In this document: positions 36,958-46,600 of the stretch, piece after piece
How the letters are laid out: every line of letters begins with the position of its first letter
Position numbering within the stretch: the first letter of the stretch is position 1
Source of the DNA: an uncultured bacterium
Lineage (GTDB): Bacteria > UBP14 > UBA6098 > B30-G16
DNA: 50,892 bases
Assembly (NCBI GenBank): GCA_965552135.1
Contig: CBEVQY010000020.1
Coordinates: 1-50,892 of the forward strand
Reading direction: 5' to 3'
Translations under genes and position numbers: made by a program
The notes under the pieces: generated by a model
Databases searched by the model: none
The model's input: only the letters and a program-made list of their open reading frames with translations
What the model was told of the DNA's origin: nothing

Positions 36958-39336
36958 ATGTTCTGGTCGTGGCTTGCGTGGGTCGTTTTGTTGGCGCCTG
37001 TTCTGGAGGCGGCGACACTTCTCGGCAGGGTCGTTGACGCCGAAAGCGGCGAGCCCATACCCGCAGCCAGCGTGGTCGTGCAGGATGCGAAGACAGGCAC
37101 GGCTACGGACATCGAAGGGAGGTTCACCCTACGCGACCTCCCACCCGGAACGGTTGCGGTCGAGATCTCGGCGGTTGGATACGAAGCGCTGCGGCAAAAG
37201 GTATTCGTTGGGGCGGCGGTGCATACCCTCGAGTTCGCGCTTCTGCCTAAGGCGTATCGCGGCGATGAAGTCGTGGTCACAGCCACAAGAACGCCCCGAT
37301 ACATAAAGGACGTCCCCATACGGACGGAAGTGCTTACAGAAAAACAGATCGAGGACAAAGCCGCGATCAACCTCTACGACGCGCTGAGGGGTCTGCCGGG
37401 AGTGCAGGTGGAAAATCGGTGCCAGTATTGTAACTTCACCACGATCAGGCTCCAGGGTCTTGGACCCGACCACGCTCAAATCCTCATCGACGGTGAGCCC
37501 ATATACTCGGGATTGGCAAGCGTTTACGGCTTGCAGCAGCTTGGCACAGCCGACGTGGAGCGCATCGAGGTCGTCAAGGGGGCAGGCTCGGCGCTCTACG
37601 GAAGCGGAGCCATATCCGGCGCCGTAAACATAATTACTAAAAAACCATCGACACAACCCCAAGCACAGCTCGAGCTCGAATACGGCAGCTACGGAACGTA
37701 TCGCCTCAGGCACTTTGCCTCCCTTCGGCGGGGGCGAGTCGGACTTGCCCTCACCGCGCAGCTACACGGAGGCGAAGCCATCGACGTAAGCGGAGAAGGT
37801 GAAAACCCCGAACAGGTACGCAAACCAGACGGATACTCCGACAGAGTAAGAACAAGAACAACGAACATAGGCGCCAAGATCGTTGCAGACAGCATCACAG
37901 GCGGCGACGAACTCACAGCGGCGATAAAAATGGTGCACGAGCTGCGACAAGGCGGGCTCCTGCGCGACGAAACCTTCGAAAACCCCTTCACCATCAGCAC
38001 CGAAAGAATTATTACAGACAGACTCGAACTGCGACTCAGCTACTCCAAAGACTTCGGCACACTCGGCAAAACGAATCTATCGGCCGCATACGTCCTCCAC
38101 AAAAGGAACGCCACAAACGATACTTACCTTGCCGACTATATGTCCTCACATGGAGACACGCTTCATCCAATAGATGAGCTGCGCCCTTACCTGGCAAACG
38201 AAAACACCTTCGTCGTCGACTGCAACCATGCATTCAACCTCACAAGACGACACGAAATCCTCGTAGGAGCCCAAATCAGCTACAACAAGCTCGACGAATC
38301 GGGGAAATACGTAATCAACGACACCGCAGATACACGCTACGGCTCAAGCTACCTTTCGGTAAGCGAAAAGCAGGCAAGCGAGCTCGGCTTTTACCTGCAG
38401 GATCAAGCCCACCTAACCAGCGGGGTCGAGCTTGCAGGCGGAGCTCGAATCGACATACACAACTCCACGGACAACTTCTTCGGCTCGGGCGATGTTGCAC
38501 CACAGGAAATCCCTCCCGTGCGCTACAGCCAAACAACCCTAACGCCCCGAATAAGCCTAAAAGTTACCCCAACTTCTTCCCTAACGCTGCGGGCAACCGC
38601 CGGAACGGGATTCAGAGTCCCCTACGGCTTTTCGGAGGACCTGCACCTCTGCAGCGGCTCCCCAAGAGTTTGGAAAGGAACCGAGCTTAAACCCGAAAGA
38701 TCCTTTGGCGCAAACCTGTCGCTCGACTTCGACGCAGAAAAAACACATATAAGCCTGAACGTATTTCGAACCGAACTGAGGGATATGATCTCCTTCACCG
38801 GCGCGGGCGAGTACGCGAGAAACCTCGGATACACGTACGAATGGAAAAACATAGACGACGCCTACGTTCAGGGTATAGAAGCAAATATAATTGGTCGAAT
38901 ATGGGGAAATTTTATCGTAAGCGCCGACTTCACCCTCAGCGACGGAAAATATAAACATCCACGTAGCGACTGGCTTGGCACGGAATACGAGTCCACCAGC
39001 CGTTACATATCGCGCCTCCCAAACGCAACAGCCAACATCGAAGCCAAGCTTTCCGCACTGGGCTGGACGGCGATTGTGGAGGCAAATTACGTCGGAGCTA
39101 TGTATATCGACTACTTCGCACAGGAAGAAACCCCAGTAAAGATCAAACGCACAGAACCGTATATTCTGCTTTCCGCAACCATCGGCAAACGAATAGGCGA
39201 AACACTGAAGCTTTTTATAAGGGTCGAGAACATAACCGACTACATTCAGCCGGAGCGCCATATCGACGACGCCGCCTTCATCTACGCGCCACTTATAGGA
39301 AGGCTTTTGCGCATTGGCGTTGAAGCGAAACTTTGA
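36958..39336 (+). CDS. TonB-dependent receptor with N-terminal carboxypeptidase-regulatory-like domain
   Basis: Signal peptide; EVVVTATRT; plug with QVENRCQYCNF, ILIDG, ERIEVVKGAGSALYGSGAISGAVNIIT; LKPERS; terminal beta strand. Confidence 0.93.
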   Translation: MFWSWLAWVVLLAPVLEAATLLGRVVDAESGEPIPAASVVVQDAKTGTATDIEGRFTLRDLPPGTVAVEISAVGYEALRQKVFVGAAVHTLEFALLPKAYRGDEVVVTATRTPRYIKDVPIRTEVLTEKQIEDKAAINLYDALRGLPGVQVENRCQYCNFTTIRLQGLGPDHAQILIDGEPIYSGLASVYGLQQLGTADVERIEVVKGAGSALYGSGAISGAVNIITKKPSTQPQAQLELEYGSYGTYRLRHFASLRRGRVGLALTAQLHGGEAIDVSGEGENPEQVRKPDGYSDRVRTRTTNIGAKIVADSITGGDELTAAIKMVHELRQGGLLRDETFENPFTISTERIITDRLELRLSYSKDFGTLGKTNLSAAYVLHKRNATNDTYLADYMSSHGDTLHPIDELRPYLANENTFVVDCNHAFNLTRRHEILVGAQISYNKLDESGKYVINDTADTRYGSSYLSVSEKQASELGFYLQDQAHLTSGVELAGGARIDIHNSTDNFFGSGDVAPQEIPPVRYSQTTLTPRISLKVTPTSSLTLRATAGTGFRVPYGFSEDLHLCSGSPRVWKGTELKPERSFGANLSLDFDAEKTHISLNVFRTELRDMISFTGAGEYARNLGYTYEWKNIDDAYVQGIEANIIGRIWGNFIVSADFTLSDGKYKHPRSDWLGTEYESTSRYISRLPNATANIEAKLSALGWTAIVEANYVGAMYIDYFAQEETPVKIKRTEPYILLSATIGKRIGETLKLFIRVENITDYIQPERHIDDAAFIYAPLIGRLLRIGVEAKL

Positions 39337-39384
39337 CGAAGCCAAAATCTTTACCTCAAGTGCGGTCACATCGGCAAGTAAAAC

Positions 39385-39432
39385 GAATTTTTGCAAAAAA
39401 TTCCTTGACATGGTCAAATGTATCGGTATTCT
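39385..39432 (+). promoter_or_regulatory. Cold-shock gene promoter with two inverted repeats
   Basis: TTGACA(39405)-16 nt-TATTCT; GAATTTTTGCAAAAAATTC (39385-39403) and TTGAC-ATG-GTCAA (39405-39417). Confidence 0.6.
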
Positions 39433-39467
39433 GACAACGTGGGCGTTTTTAAAGGAGGTTTTTTGGG

Positions 39468-39674
39468 ATGGCTCGTGGTCGTGTGAAGAGGTTCGATGAG
39501 AAGAAGGGGTATGGGTTCATCGAGCAGGAGGGTGGTGGACCCGACGTGTTCGTGCACTACTCCGACATCATCGGCGAAGGCTTCAGGACCCTCTCTCCGG
39601 GCGACGAGGTTGAGTTCGACATCGTCGAGGGCGAGAAGGGGATGAAGGCTCTCAACGTTAGGAAGATATCCTAA
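39468..39674 (+). CDS. Cold-shock protein (CspA family)
   Basis: KGYGFI (RNP1), DVFVHYS (RNP2); AAGGAGG RBS. Confidence 0.96.
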   Translation: MARGRVKRFDEKKGYGFIEQEGGGPDVFVHYSDIIGEGFRTLSPGDEVEFDIVEGEKGMKALNVRKIS

Positions 39675-39705
39675 CCGCGGAAGCAAGCGTCTTCGCCATA
39701 AACCT

Positions 39706-39733
39706 AAGCCCCGGCGTGCGCCGGGGCTTTTTT
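39706..39733 (+). terminator. Intrinsic terminator
   Basis: AAGCCCCGGCG-TG-CGCCGGGGCTT followed by a T-run; lies between convergent csp and rsmD. Confidence 0.88.
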
Positions 39734-39752
39734 AATTCCTTCGCAAAAGCTG

Positions 39753-40295
39753 CTACCTTTCCCAGAAGATCAGTGTGTCGTCGCCTACGCGGTGTATTCG
39801 CGCGGGCGGCACCGAAAAAACGTCGGGCAGAAAGCGGGTTGGGAACTGGAGCACGAAGACTAAATCATTCCATCTCCCCACGAAATCCAAAACCTTCTCC
39901 AAAACGCTCGGCAGGAACCCCTCGATGTACGGCGGCGATGCGAAGAAAACGGCGCCCCCTTCGGGGCGAAGCCTCGCAAGCCACCAAAGCGCCTCCGCGC
40001 AGATGACCCTGAAGGGCTTATTCCCCAGACCCACCGCCTCGATGTTCTTGCGAATGGCGCTGCAGCACGCCCTCTCGACCTCGACGAACGTGACGGGTTC
40101 GGCGCCGCGCGACAAAGCCTCGATCCCAACCGACCCCGAGCCGGCGAAGAGGTCGAAGAATGGCGCCTTTGCCACATCGCCGAGTATATCGAAAAGGGCG
40201 CGGCGCAGTCGGACGGGCGTTGGTCTCACCCGCGGCGGCACTAAAACAAGCCGCCTGCCCCGCGCAACACCGCCGCTTAGAACGATCCGTGCCAT
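39753..40295 (-). CDS. rsmD: RsmD family RNA methyltransferase
   Basis: GGVARGRRL..VRPT..RRALFDIL, DLFAGSGSVGIEALSRGA, SPPY. Confidence 0.85.
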   Translation of the reverse strand: MARIVLSGGVARGRRLVLVPPRVRPTPVRLRRALFDILGDVAKAPFFDLFAGSGSVGIEALSRGAEPVTFVEVERACCSAIRKNIEAVGLGNKPFRVICAEALWWLARLRPEGGAVFFASPPYIEGFLPSVLEKVLDFVGRWNDLVFVLQFPTRFLPDVFSVPPARIHRVGDDTLIFWER

Positions 40296-40313
40296 TGAGG
40301 GAAACGCGCGTCG

Positions 40314-41192
40314 TCAGTGGGGGTAGAGCGTGTTTGGATTTGCCCTGCGCCCCGCGGTGCAGCTCCGCCCGCCCGGATAAAAACCAAGACCAACGCGCCA
40401 CTGCCAAAGCGAAGCATCCTTAGGCAGCCAAACGCCAACGCTTGCGACAAAAGGATAATCCTCCGCAAGCGGCTTGAACCTGACCAAAAGCTCGGCGAAG
40501 CCCAAAAACCCGCTTTCCCAACCTACCTTTCCGCTCAAAAGCCCGTGGCAGAAGCGTGGGGACTCGTACGAGATGATCCAACACCTGTCCGCGAACCACC
40601 CTCTTTCCGCGGAGCGTCTTACGGCGCTTGCGGCGCCAAAGGGGGTGGCAACCTCAGCCGAGAGAACAAAGGTCGTGGATAGACTCTCCCCCACCGCCCC
40701 GCCGTAAAAGCGATACGCACCGGGAACAAAATTCCCCACAAGCGCCTCGCCGGAGAAGAAGTAGTTACACCCCTCGCAGACGAACGGTATGGAGTCGACG
40801 CCGACGCCGACGGCGAAGTCCAGGCGCCTGCGCGAAAGGTTTCTCCCCGCAACGTCCGAAAGCGAGGGCGACACCGAAAGGTCGCCTGCGCCAAGGTCAA
40901 CGATATCGGCAACGACGCCGGCTTCGAGAACAATTTTACCCAAGAAGCAGGGCGACGGCCTCGCATCGACGCGCACGCCGCCGCTCCAGCTCTGCCAACC
41001 AACCATCGACTGATACGTCCACAAAGACGGCGTCACACGAAAAGCCCCCAAAACGTCGAACGTAGCCTCGGCCAAAAGCTCGCCGCCAACCGTGGCGCTG
41101 CGATACTCACCATACCCACCGACAAATTCAAACACCCCAGAGCGACCCCAAACCAGCGCACACAACAAAAGCAGAGTATATAAACGGGACAT
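40314..41192 (-). CDS. Hypothetical secreted protein, probably an outer-membrane beta-barrel
   Basis: Signal peptide; alternating hydrophobic strands including WQWRVGLGFY near the C-terminus. Confidence 0.55.
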   Translation of the reverse strand: MSRLYTLLLLCALVWGRSGVFEFVGGYGEYRSATVGGELLAEATFDVLGAFRVTPSLWTYQSMVGWQSWSGGVRVDARPSPCFLGKIVLEAGVVADIVDLGAGDLSVSPSLSDVAGRNLSRRRLDFAVGVGVDSIPFVCEGCNYFFSGEALVGNFVPGAYRFYGGAVGESLSTTFVLSAEVATPFGAASAVRRSAERGWFADRCWIISYESPRFCHGLLSGKVGWESGFLGFAELLVRFKPLAEDYPFVASVGVWLPKDASLWQWRVGLGFYPGGRSCTAGRRANPNTLYPH

Positions 41193-41205
41193 GACCCCAC
41201 CTCCA

Positions 41206-43626
41206 CTATCTTACGACGATTATGTATCCGTCGGTCTTTCCGGACTTCCAGTAGTAGACGCCTGCGGGAACGGGTCGCCCGTCCTCGTCCGTGAGGTCCC
41301 AGCGCGCTTCGCCGGATTCGCTCGGGCTGAGCGAAACGACAAACCTGCCCCTCCGGTCGAAGATGTAAACCTTCTCCTCCAGGCACGAGAACGTGACGAC
41401 ATCGCCCGTCACGACGGCGTTGTAGTCCACCCAGGGCTGGCACGGCTCACCAAAGCACTGGACGGAGACGGGCAGGGCAACGACGGTGGCTTCGCAGCAA
41501 AGCCCGCCAAGCGGTCTGAACTTAACCCAAAGCGTATCGACGCCGCGGTCGCAGCCGAAGGCGCAAAGCCTTATGCATATATCCCGACCCGGTGCGAGGA
41601 GGGAATCCTCCCTGTCCAGCTCCGGCGGATGTGCGCTCTGGGTTGCGCAGTCGACGACCGAGTCTGCGACGACGTCGCCGAAGCTCCACCACGCGTCGCA
41701 TATCTGTAGCGTCTCGCCGCAGGCACACTCGCTCATGGAGAGAGCCACGACGGTGCACGGCGTGTCGGTCGCCTCCTTCGAGAAGACAAGCTCCCTGGGG
41801 TCGAACATCGCCACGGGCTCGGCGCAGGCTACCCCAATTATGTTGCTCGAGACCGAGCCATCGCGGTGGAAGACGGTGATCCTGCCCCAAACCTCGCCCA
41901 CGCACACCGGCGCGAACTTAACGAGGACGAACACAGTCTCCCGCGGCGATATCTCGCCCCTAAAGCCCGAAACGAGCTCGAGGTAGTCACCCTCGACGAC
42001 CACCGAGTCGACGACTAAAGCCTCGTCAATGTCGCAGTTTACGATGGCGACGGAGTCGACAAGCTCGCATCCCTCGGGAGCGCACAACGTATCGACCAAA
42101 ACCTCGACGCAGTAGGAGCACACAGGAACGCAGACGGTATCGGCATCAGCTATCGGGCAACCGGACTCATCGGCGAGCGCGGTCAAGTCGACGCAGACGG
42201 AGCCACCCTCCGCCACAGCGTACGCAGGCTTGTACACCCGGAGCGTCTCCGACGGCACACCGCCAAGCCAGGCGTAGCTAAGCCCAACACCCGCGGGAAC
42301 GCCGAAGACGCCGACAAAGCCATCCACAGGCTCGCTGAAGAGAACGTCGAAGGAGTCGGCTGCCGAGTAGAGGAGGCATCTTGTCGAATCGAACGCCACC
42401 GTTGGCGAATCGCAGTCGAAGCAGAGGAGTGTGTCGTATCGCTCGGGGACGCTGCGCGAACGCTCCCAAACGACCCGAAAGCCAACGTTCCCCTCCTTCC
42501 GCTCCGGCTCAAGACCGCTTATGAACCTGCTCAGGACGGATGCGTCGTATCTGTCGTAGCTTGCGAAGTTCCCGCCGCGAACGGCGTACCTCCCCGATCC
42601 GCTCGATATGCAGGGATCAATCAGCGCCGAGGCGGTGTCGTCGATGGAGAAGAGCGCCGTGTCGGCGAGGATGAGCTCATGGTACGAAGGCGCAAACTCA
42701 TCGCGGCACCATTCGGATACGTTCCCTCCCATATTGACGCATCCTGCGGGGCTCAGGTCGTCTGTGGCATCGTAGTTTACCGGCCACGGTCCTCCGCCGA
42801 AGGTATCGCCGGCGCACTGCTGCGCGTCGATTATGTTCGCCGTAAGACCACCGCCAACGCAGAACGCGTTCCCCCACGGGAAAACGTTTCCCGAGCAAAG
42901 TCTTGCGGCGACCTCCCACTGCGCCTCGGTGGGGAGGCTTCCGCCGAGCCAGTGCGAGAACGCCTCAGCCTCGTAATAGCTCACGCCCCGCACAGGCATG
43001 TCGGGATCGGCGCACAAAGCCAGAACGTCGCTCCCATCCCAGCCGCTGGCTACACGCACCGACCAGCCCGAAGCGCTCCAGAGGCTGGAGTTGTCGTATC
43101 CGCCGGAGGCAACAAAAGCGGCGTACAGACTGCAGGGGACTTCGGTCGTCATCACCTCGAACTCGCTCAGGTAAACCCACACCTCGGGTCCGGCGTTTGC
43201 GATGAAGTCGGCTGTTGCGCCGAGGTTTCGCAGCGCCTCCTCCGCATCCGCGCTGGCGCCAACGGGATACCAACCCGCAGGAACGACGACTCTGCCATCC
43301 TCAACGGCGACGCTTTCTGCCGGACATACAATCGGGTACCAGACCACCTTCACGCCGCAGCAACCCATAGACCCCGGCAGCGCGAGCACGATCGTGTCGC
43401 TCGTCGCACCCCGCGAGCGGAGCAGAAACCTCACCGCGGCGGCGGAGTCGCAAACGCTGTCGCCCACGCAGTCGTAGTAGAACAGGGAGACGATCGCGCC
43501 AAGCTCATCGCCAAGCGAAACCGTTATGCGAGCAGTGCCGCAGTCAACGCGCTGCGCAGAAACATCAAAGCCGAACGAGAGCGAAAGCATCACCACCAAA
43601 AACGCTGCACAAAAAAAGCGAGCCAT
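41206..43626 (-). CDS. Secreted FGE-sulfatase (SUMF1/EgtB/PvdO) domain protein with Ig-like domains and FlgD/T9SS-like C-terminal domain
   Basis: LPTEAQWEVAAR, FPWG, MGGNVSEWC, VRGG, GFRVV; C-terminus IFDRRGRFV..WDLTDEDGRPVPAGVYYW. Confidence 0.85.
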   Translation of the reverse strand: MARFFCAAFLVVMLSLSFGFDVSAQRVDCGTARITVSLGDELGAIVSLFYYDCVGDSVCDSAAAVRFLLRSRGATSDTIVLALPGSMGCCGVKVVWYPIVCPAESVAVEDGRVVVPAGWYPVGASADAEEALRNLGATADFIANAGPEVWVYLSEFEVMTTEVPCSLYAAFVASGGYDNSSLWSASGWSVRVASGWDGSDVLALCADPDMPVRGVSYYEAEAFSHWLGGSLPTEAQWEVAARLCSGNVFPWGNAFCVGGGLTANIIDAQQCAGDTFGGGPWPVNYDATDDLSPAGCVNMGGNVSEWCRDEFAPSYHELILADTALFSIDDTASALIDPCISSGSGRYAVRGGNFASYDRYDASVLSRFISGLEPERKEGNVGFRVVWERSRSVPERYDTLLCFDCDSPTVAFDSTRCLLYSAADSFDVLFSEPVDGFVGVFGVPAGVGLSYAWLGGVPSETLRVYKPAYAVAEGGSVCVDLTALADESGCPIADADTVCVPVCSYCVEVLVDTLCAPEGCELVDSVAIVNCDIDEALVVDSVVVEGDYLELVSGFRGEISPRETVFVLVKFAPVCVGEVWGRITVFHRDGSVSSNIIGVACAEPVAMFDPRELVFSKEATDTPCTVVALSMSECACGETLQICDAWWSFGDVVADSVVDCATQSAHPPELDREDSLLAPGRDICIRLCAFGCDRGVDTLWVKFRPLGGLCCEATVVALPVSVQCFGEPCQPWVDYNAVVTGDVVTFSCLEEKVYIFDRRGRFVVSLSPSESGEARWDLTDEDGRPVPAGVYYWKSGKTDGYIIVVR

Positions 43627-43643
43627 AGCCTCTCTCCTTGTCC

Positions 43644-46600
43644 TCACCTGACAAGATATATGGGCATCGAATACGATTTTCGCTCCGTCTTCATCACGAC
43701 GAAGTACTGCCCTGAGGGGCAATCCCTTCCGTCGTCGGCTTTGCCGTTCCAGCGGAACCGCAGAACCCCCACCGGCAGAACGCCTCTAAACAGGCGTCTC
43801 ACAAGCTCGCCCGACACATCGTATACCTCGACCGATGCCCTCGTCTGCACGGTCGACTCGACCTCTATCCAGGTCGACGAGTTGAACGGATTGGGGTATG
43901 CACCGCATATCCCTGCGGCGCGCGGCTTACCACCAACTACCTCAACCTCGCCCGGCTCGTAGACCTGCACAAGAACGACGACTTCGACGGTGTTGCCCCA
44001 AACGTCCGAAACGTTTGCTCTGAGGGCATCGGGACCTGCATCCGTGTTGCTGTAATCTGCGGCGGGTCCAACGACCAAAGCGCCGCCGTCGCCGGAAAGA
44101 CCGAAGACCGAATAGTGCTCGTAGTTCTCGATGGAGAAATCGACGAAGAACATCGAGTCGCCGTCGACGTCGACGACGTCCTCGCCGAGCCGGACGAGCG
44201 TCGTCTCGCTGCCTGCGGGAACCATCACGATGCCCCCGCAGAGAACGTAGGGCGTGTGGTTGGGGACGTTTATCGAGAGGGCTATGTCGTCTGTGCCGTG
44301 GCAGTCGCTGTACCGTATCGTGCCGGTGTACGTTCCGGCGGGGATGTGGGAGTGATCCATCGTGATGACGCCTGTGCAGCTGTCGACCCTCACCCAGTAG
44401 AGCGAGCTGTCGCCCGATGCGCCCGGCGGCACAAGCGTATAACCCCCGCCCTCGCAGGTGCCGCAGGAACAGTCGCCCTCGTCGGGATTGTGAAGCGCAA
44501 TGGATATATCGAAGCAATCGGTCTGCCCCGTTATCGTGAGCGAGGCGTCCGCGGTGCCGGGGGCAGGATTGGGCGGATCATTTATCCGCGCGAAGCTGTA
44601 GGTGTCGATGCACGACGTCCCGAACGACGTATCGATAACCGTCGCCGAGAGGGCGTTGTCCACCGCGACGGCGAGCTGCATCGTCGTTGCCGCGCCGCAG
44701 GGACGGTTCTCGATGCTTATGAAGACGTCGCTTGTCCCGACGTCGCAGTTGGTGTGCGTCCAGCGCAGCGTGCACGAAGAATCGACGGAAACACCCAAAG
44801 GTCCGCTCTCCAAAACGCAGACGAACGGATCGCCGCAGGGATCGTCTATCCCGCAGTGGGATATGAGGTCAAGGACAAGCATTTGATCCTCGGTGGCTGC
44901 CGCGTTGCAAGGGCTTGTCGCAACTGTGGGCAGGCAGTCGATGTTAAACGTCCTGCACTCGCACGCCGAGCAAACATCGCGGCACGTGTATCCAACGGCG
45001 CAGACGGTGAACGTTGTGCACGGCGTCGACAGGCTGGCGCAGGTTGGCACATCGAAGCTCTGGGTAAAGCCGCTTCCGACAAGCGTTCCACCTGCGCCGG
45101 GACAGCCGCCAACGTACCACTCCACGCGCTCAAGCTCCGACGCGTTCTGGACGTTGCCTGTGATGGTGCTGCCCTCAAGCACGGTGTCGGCGCTGCAAGC
45201 GCCCTCGAAGCTCAGGACGGGCAAAATGGGCGAACACACGCGAACGGTGACCGTGGCGGTATCACAGCACCACGGAAGACCCTCAACGCAAACCTCAACG
45301 GCGTAGGTATACGTTCCCGGCGCAAGGGGACTTGGCAGGCAGTAGTAGCAGCAGCTGTCCATTAACGCGGTGTCGGGGCAGCAGCAGGCGCTGTCGCTGC
45401 CCGGCAGGGGAATCATAACGCCGTCGACGACCTGGAAGAACGTATAACAAAGATCAACCCCCGCGCAGTTCGAGTACGATTCGCATGCATTGAGACAAAT
45501 AAGGCTGTCTTCGCACACAACTGTGTCGGGCTGCGCCTTGAGCACGGCGACGGGGTGACGCATCGTGAGGCGCGAAACCGCCTCGTACGCGCACGATGTA
45601 TCGCCCGCGACGGCGAACCGGTAGATCAAGACTCCGTCGCGCAGAAGCGGGCGCGGGAAGACCGAAGGCAGGGCATCGGCGCTGCCCCAGTCGTAAAGAA
45701 CTTCGCCGCACTCGGGGCAATCGCCGTAGTCAACCTCGACCTTTACAACAACATCGCAGCTTTCCGCCGTGTCCGCAGGAACGACCAAAACGCTCTCAAG
45801 CATGTTGGGGATGAAGTCGCCGTAGCAAAGGACGGTGTCGCCAAGCGTGGCGGTGATATCGACTGGGACGAGCCTGACCAAAGCCGAATCCCGCGCGGCG
45901 GAGTCGGGGCAGTCGGAGCACCAGGCGAAAACGACGTAGCTGACCGTATCGCCGATGGGGCGGGTGGTGAAGCAGTTGCCGTCCAGGACGACCGTGTCGC
46001 CCGTTGCGGGGTCGACGTAGGCATACACAAGCTCGCCCTCGCAGCCGTGGGAAACGCCGCTTACGCACACCTCGGCAGCGCAGCCCGAAACAACGCACCT
46101 ACTGTGCCCTGAAAGCTCCGCCCACTTGACCTCAAGGTAGTAGGACGCCGTGTCGACACAGAAGCTGTCGGTCACAACGACGCGGTACACCCCTTCCATC
46201 GCGCTCGAATCAACGCAGAAGGGGTTTGGTCCTGCGCAAAGCACCGCGCCGTCGGGGCGGATGAACGTGTAGCTCAGCGCCCCCGCAGGCTCGACGGTGC
46301 TTCCCGAAGCATCGAGCAGAACGGTTCCACCACGGCAGGCGGGGCTCGGTGTTGCGGAAAGCTCCGCAGACACCTCCGACTGCCTCACCCAAACGCTGTC
46401 CGTCTGAACGCAGCCGTCGCCAACGAAAAAGCTCAAAAACACCTTATATATCCCCGTCCCCGGGTACACGTGGGAGACGGTATCGGAGGCTGAGGGCGCA
46501 AGCGGTGCGGAGATGAACTCCCACGTCCCGTCGCCGTAATCCACCGAGAAGGAATCTATGCCAAATGGTCCGCCGTTTGTCACAACGAATCGAACCGAAT

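Noticed and set aside
37600..39336. A-rich composition of the TonB receptor as evidence of horizontal transfer
   Set aside because: Explained at least as well by its position on the opposite, probably lagging, strand; no mobility signatures
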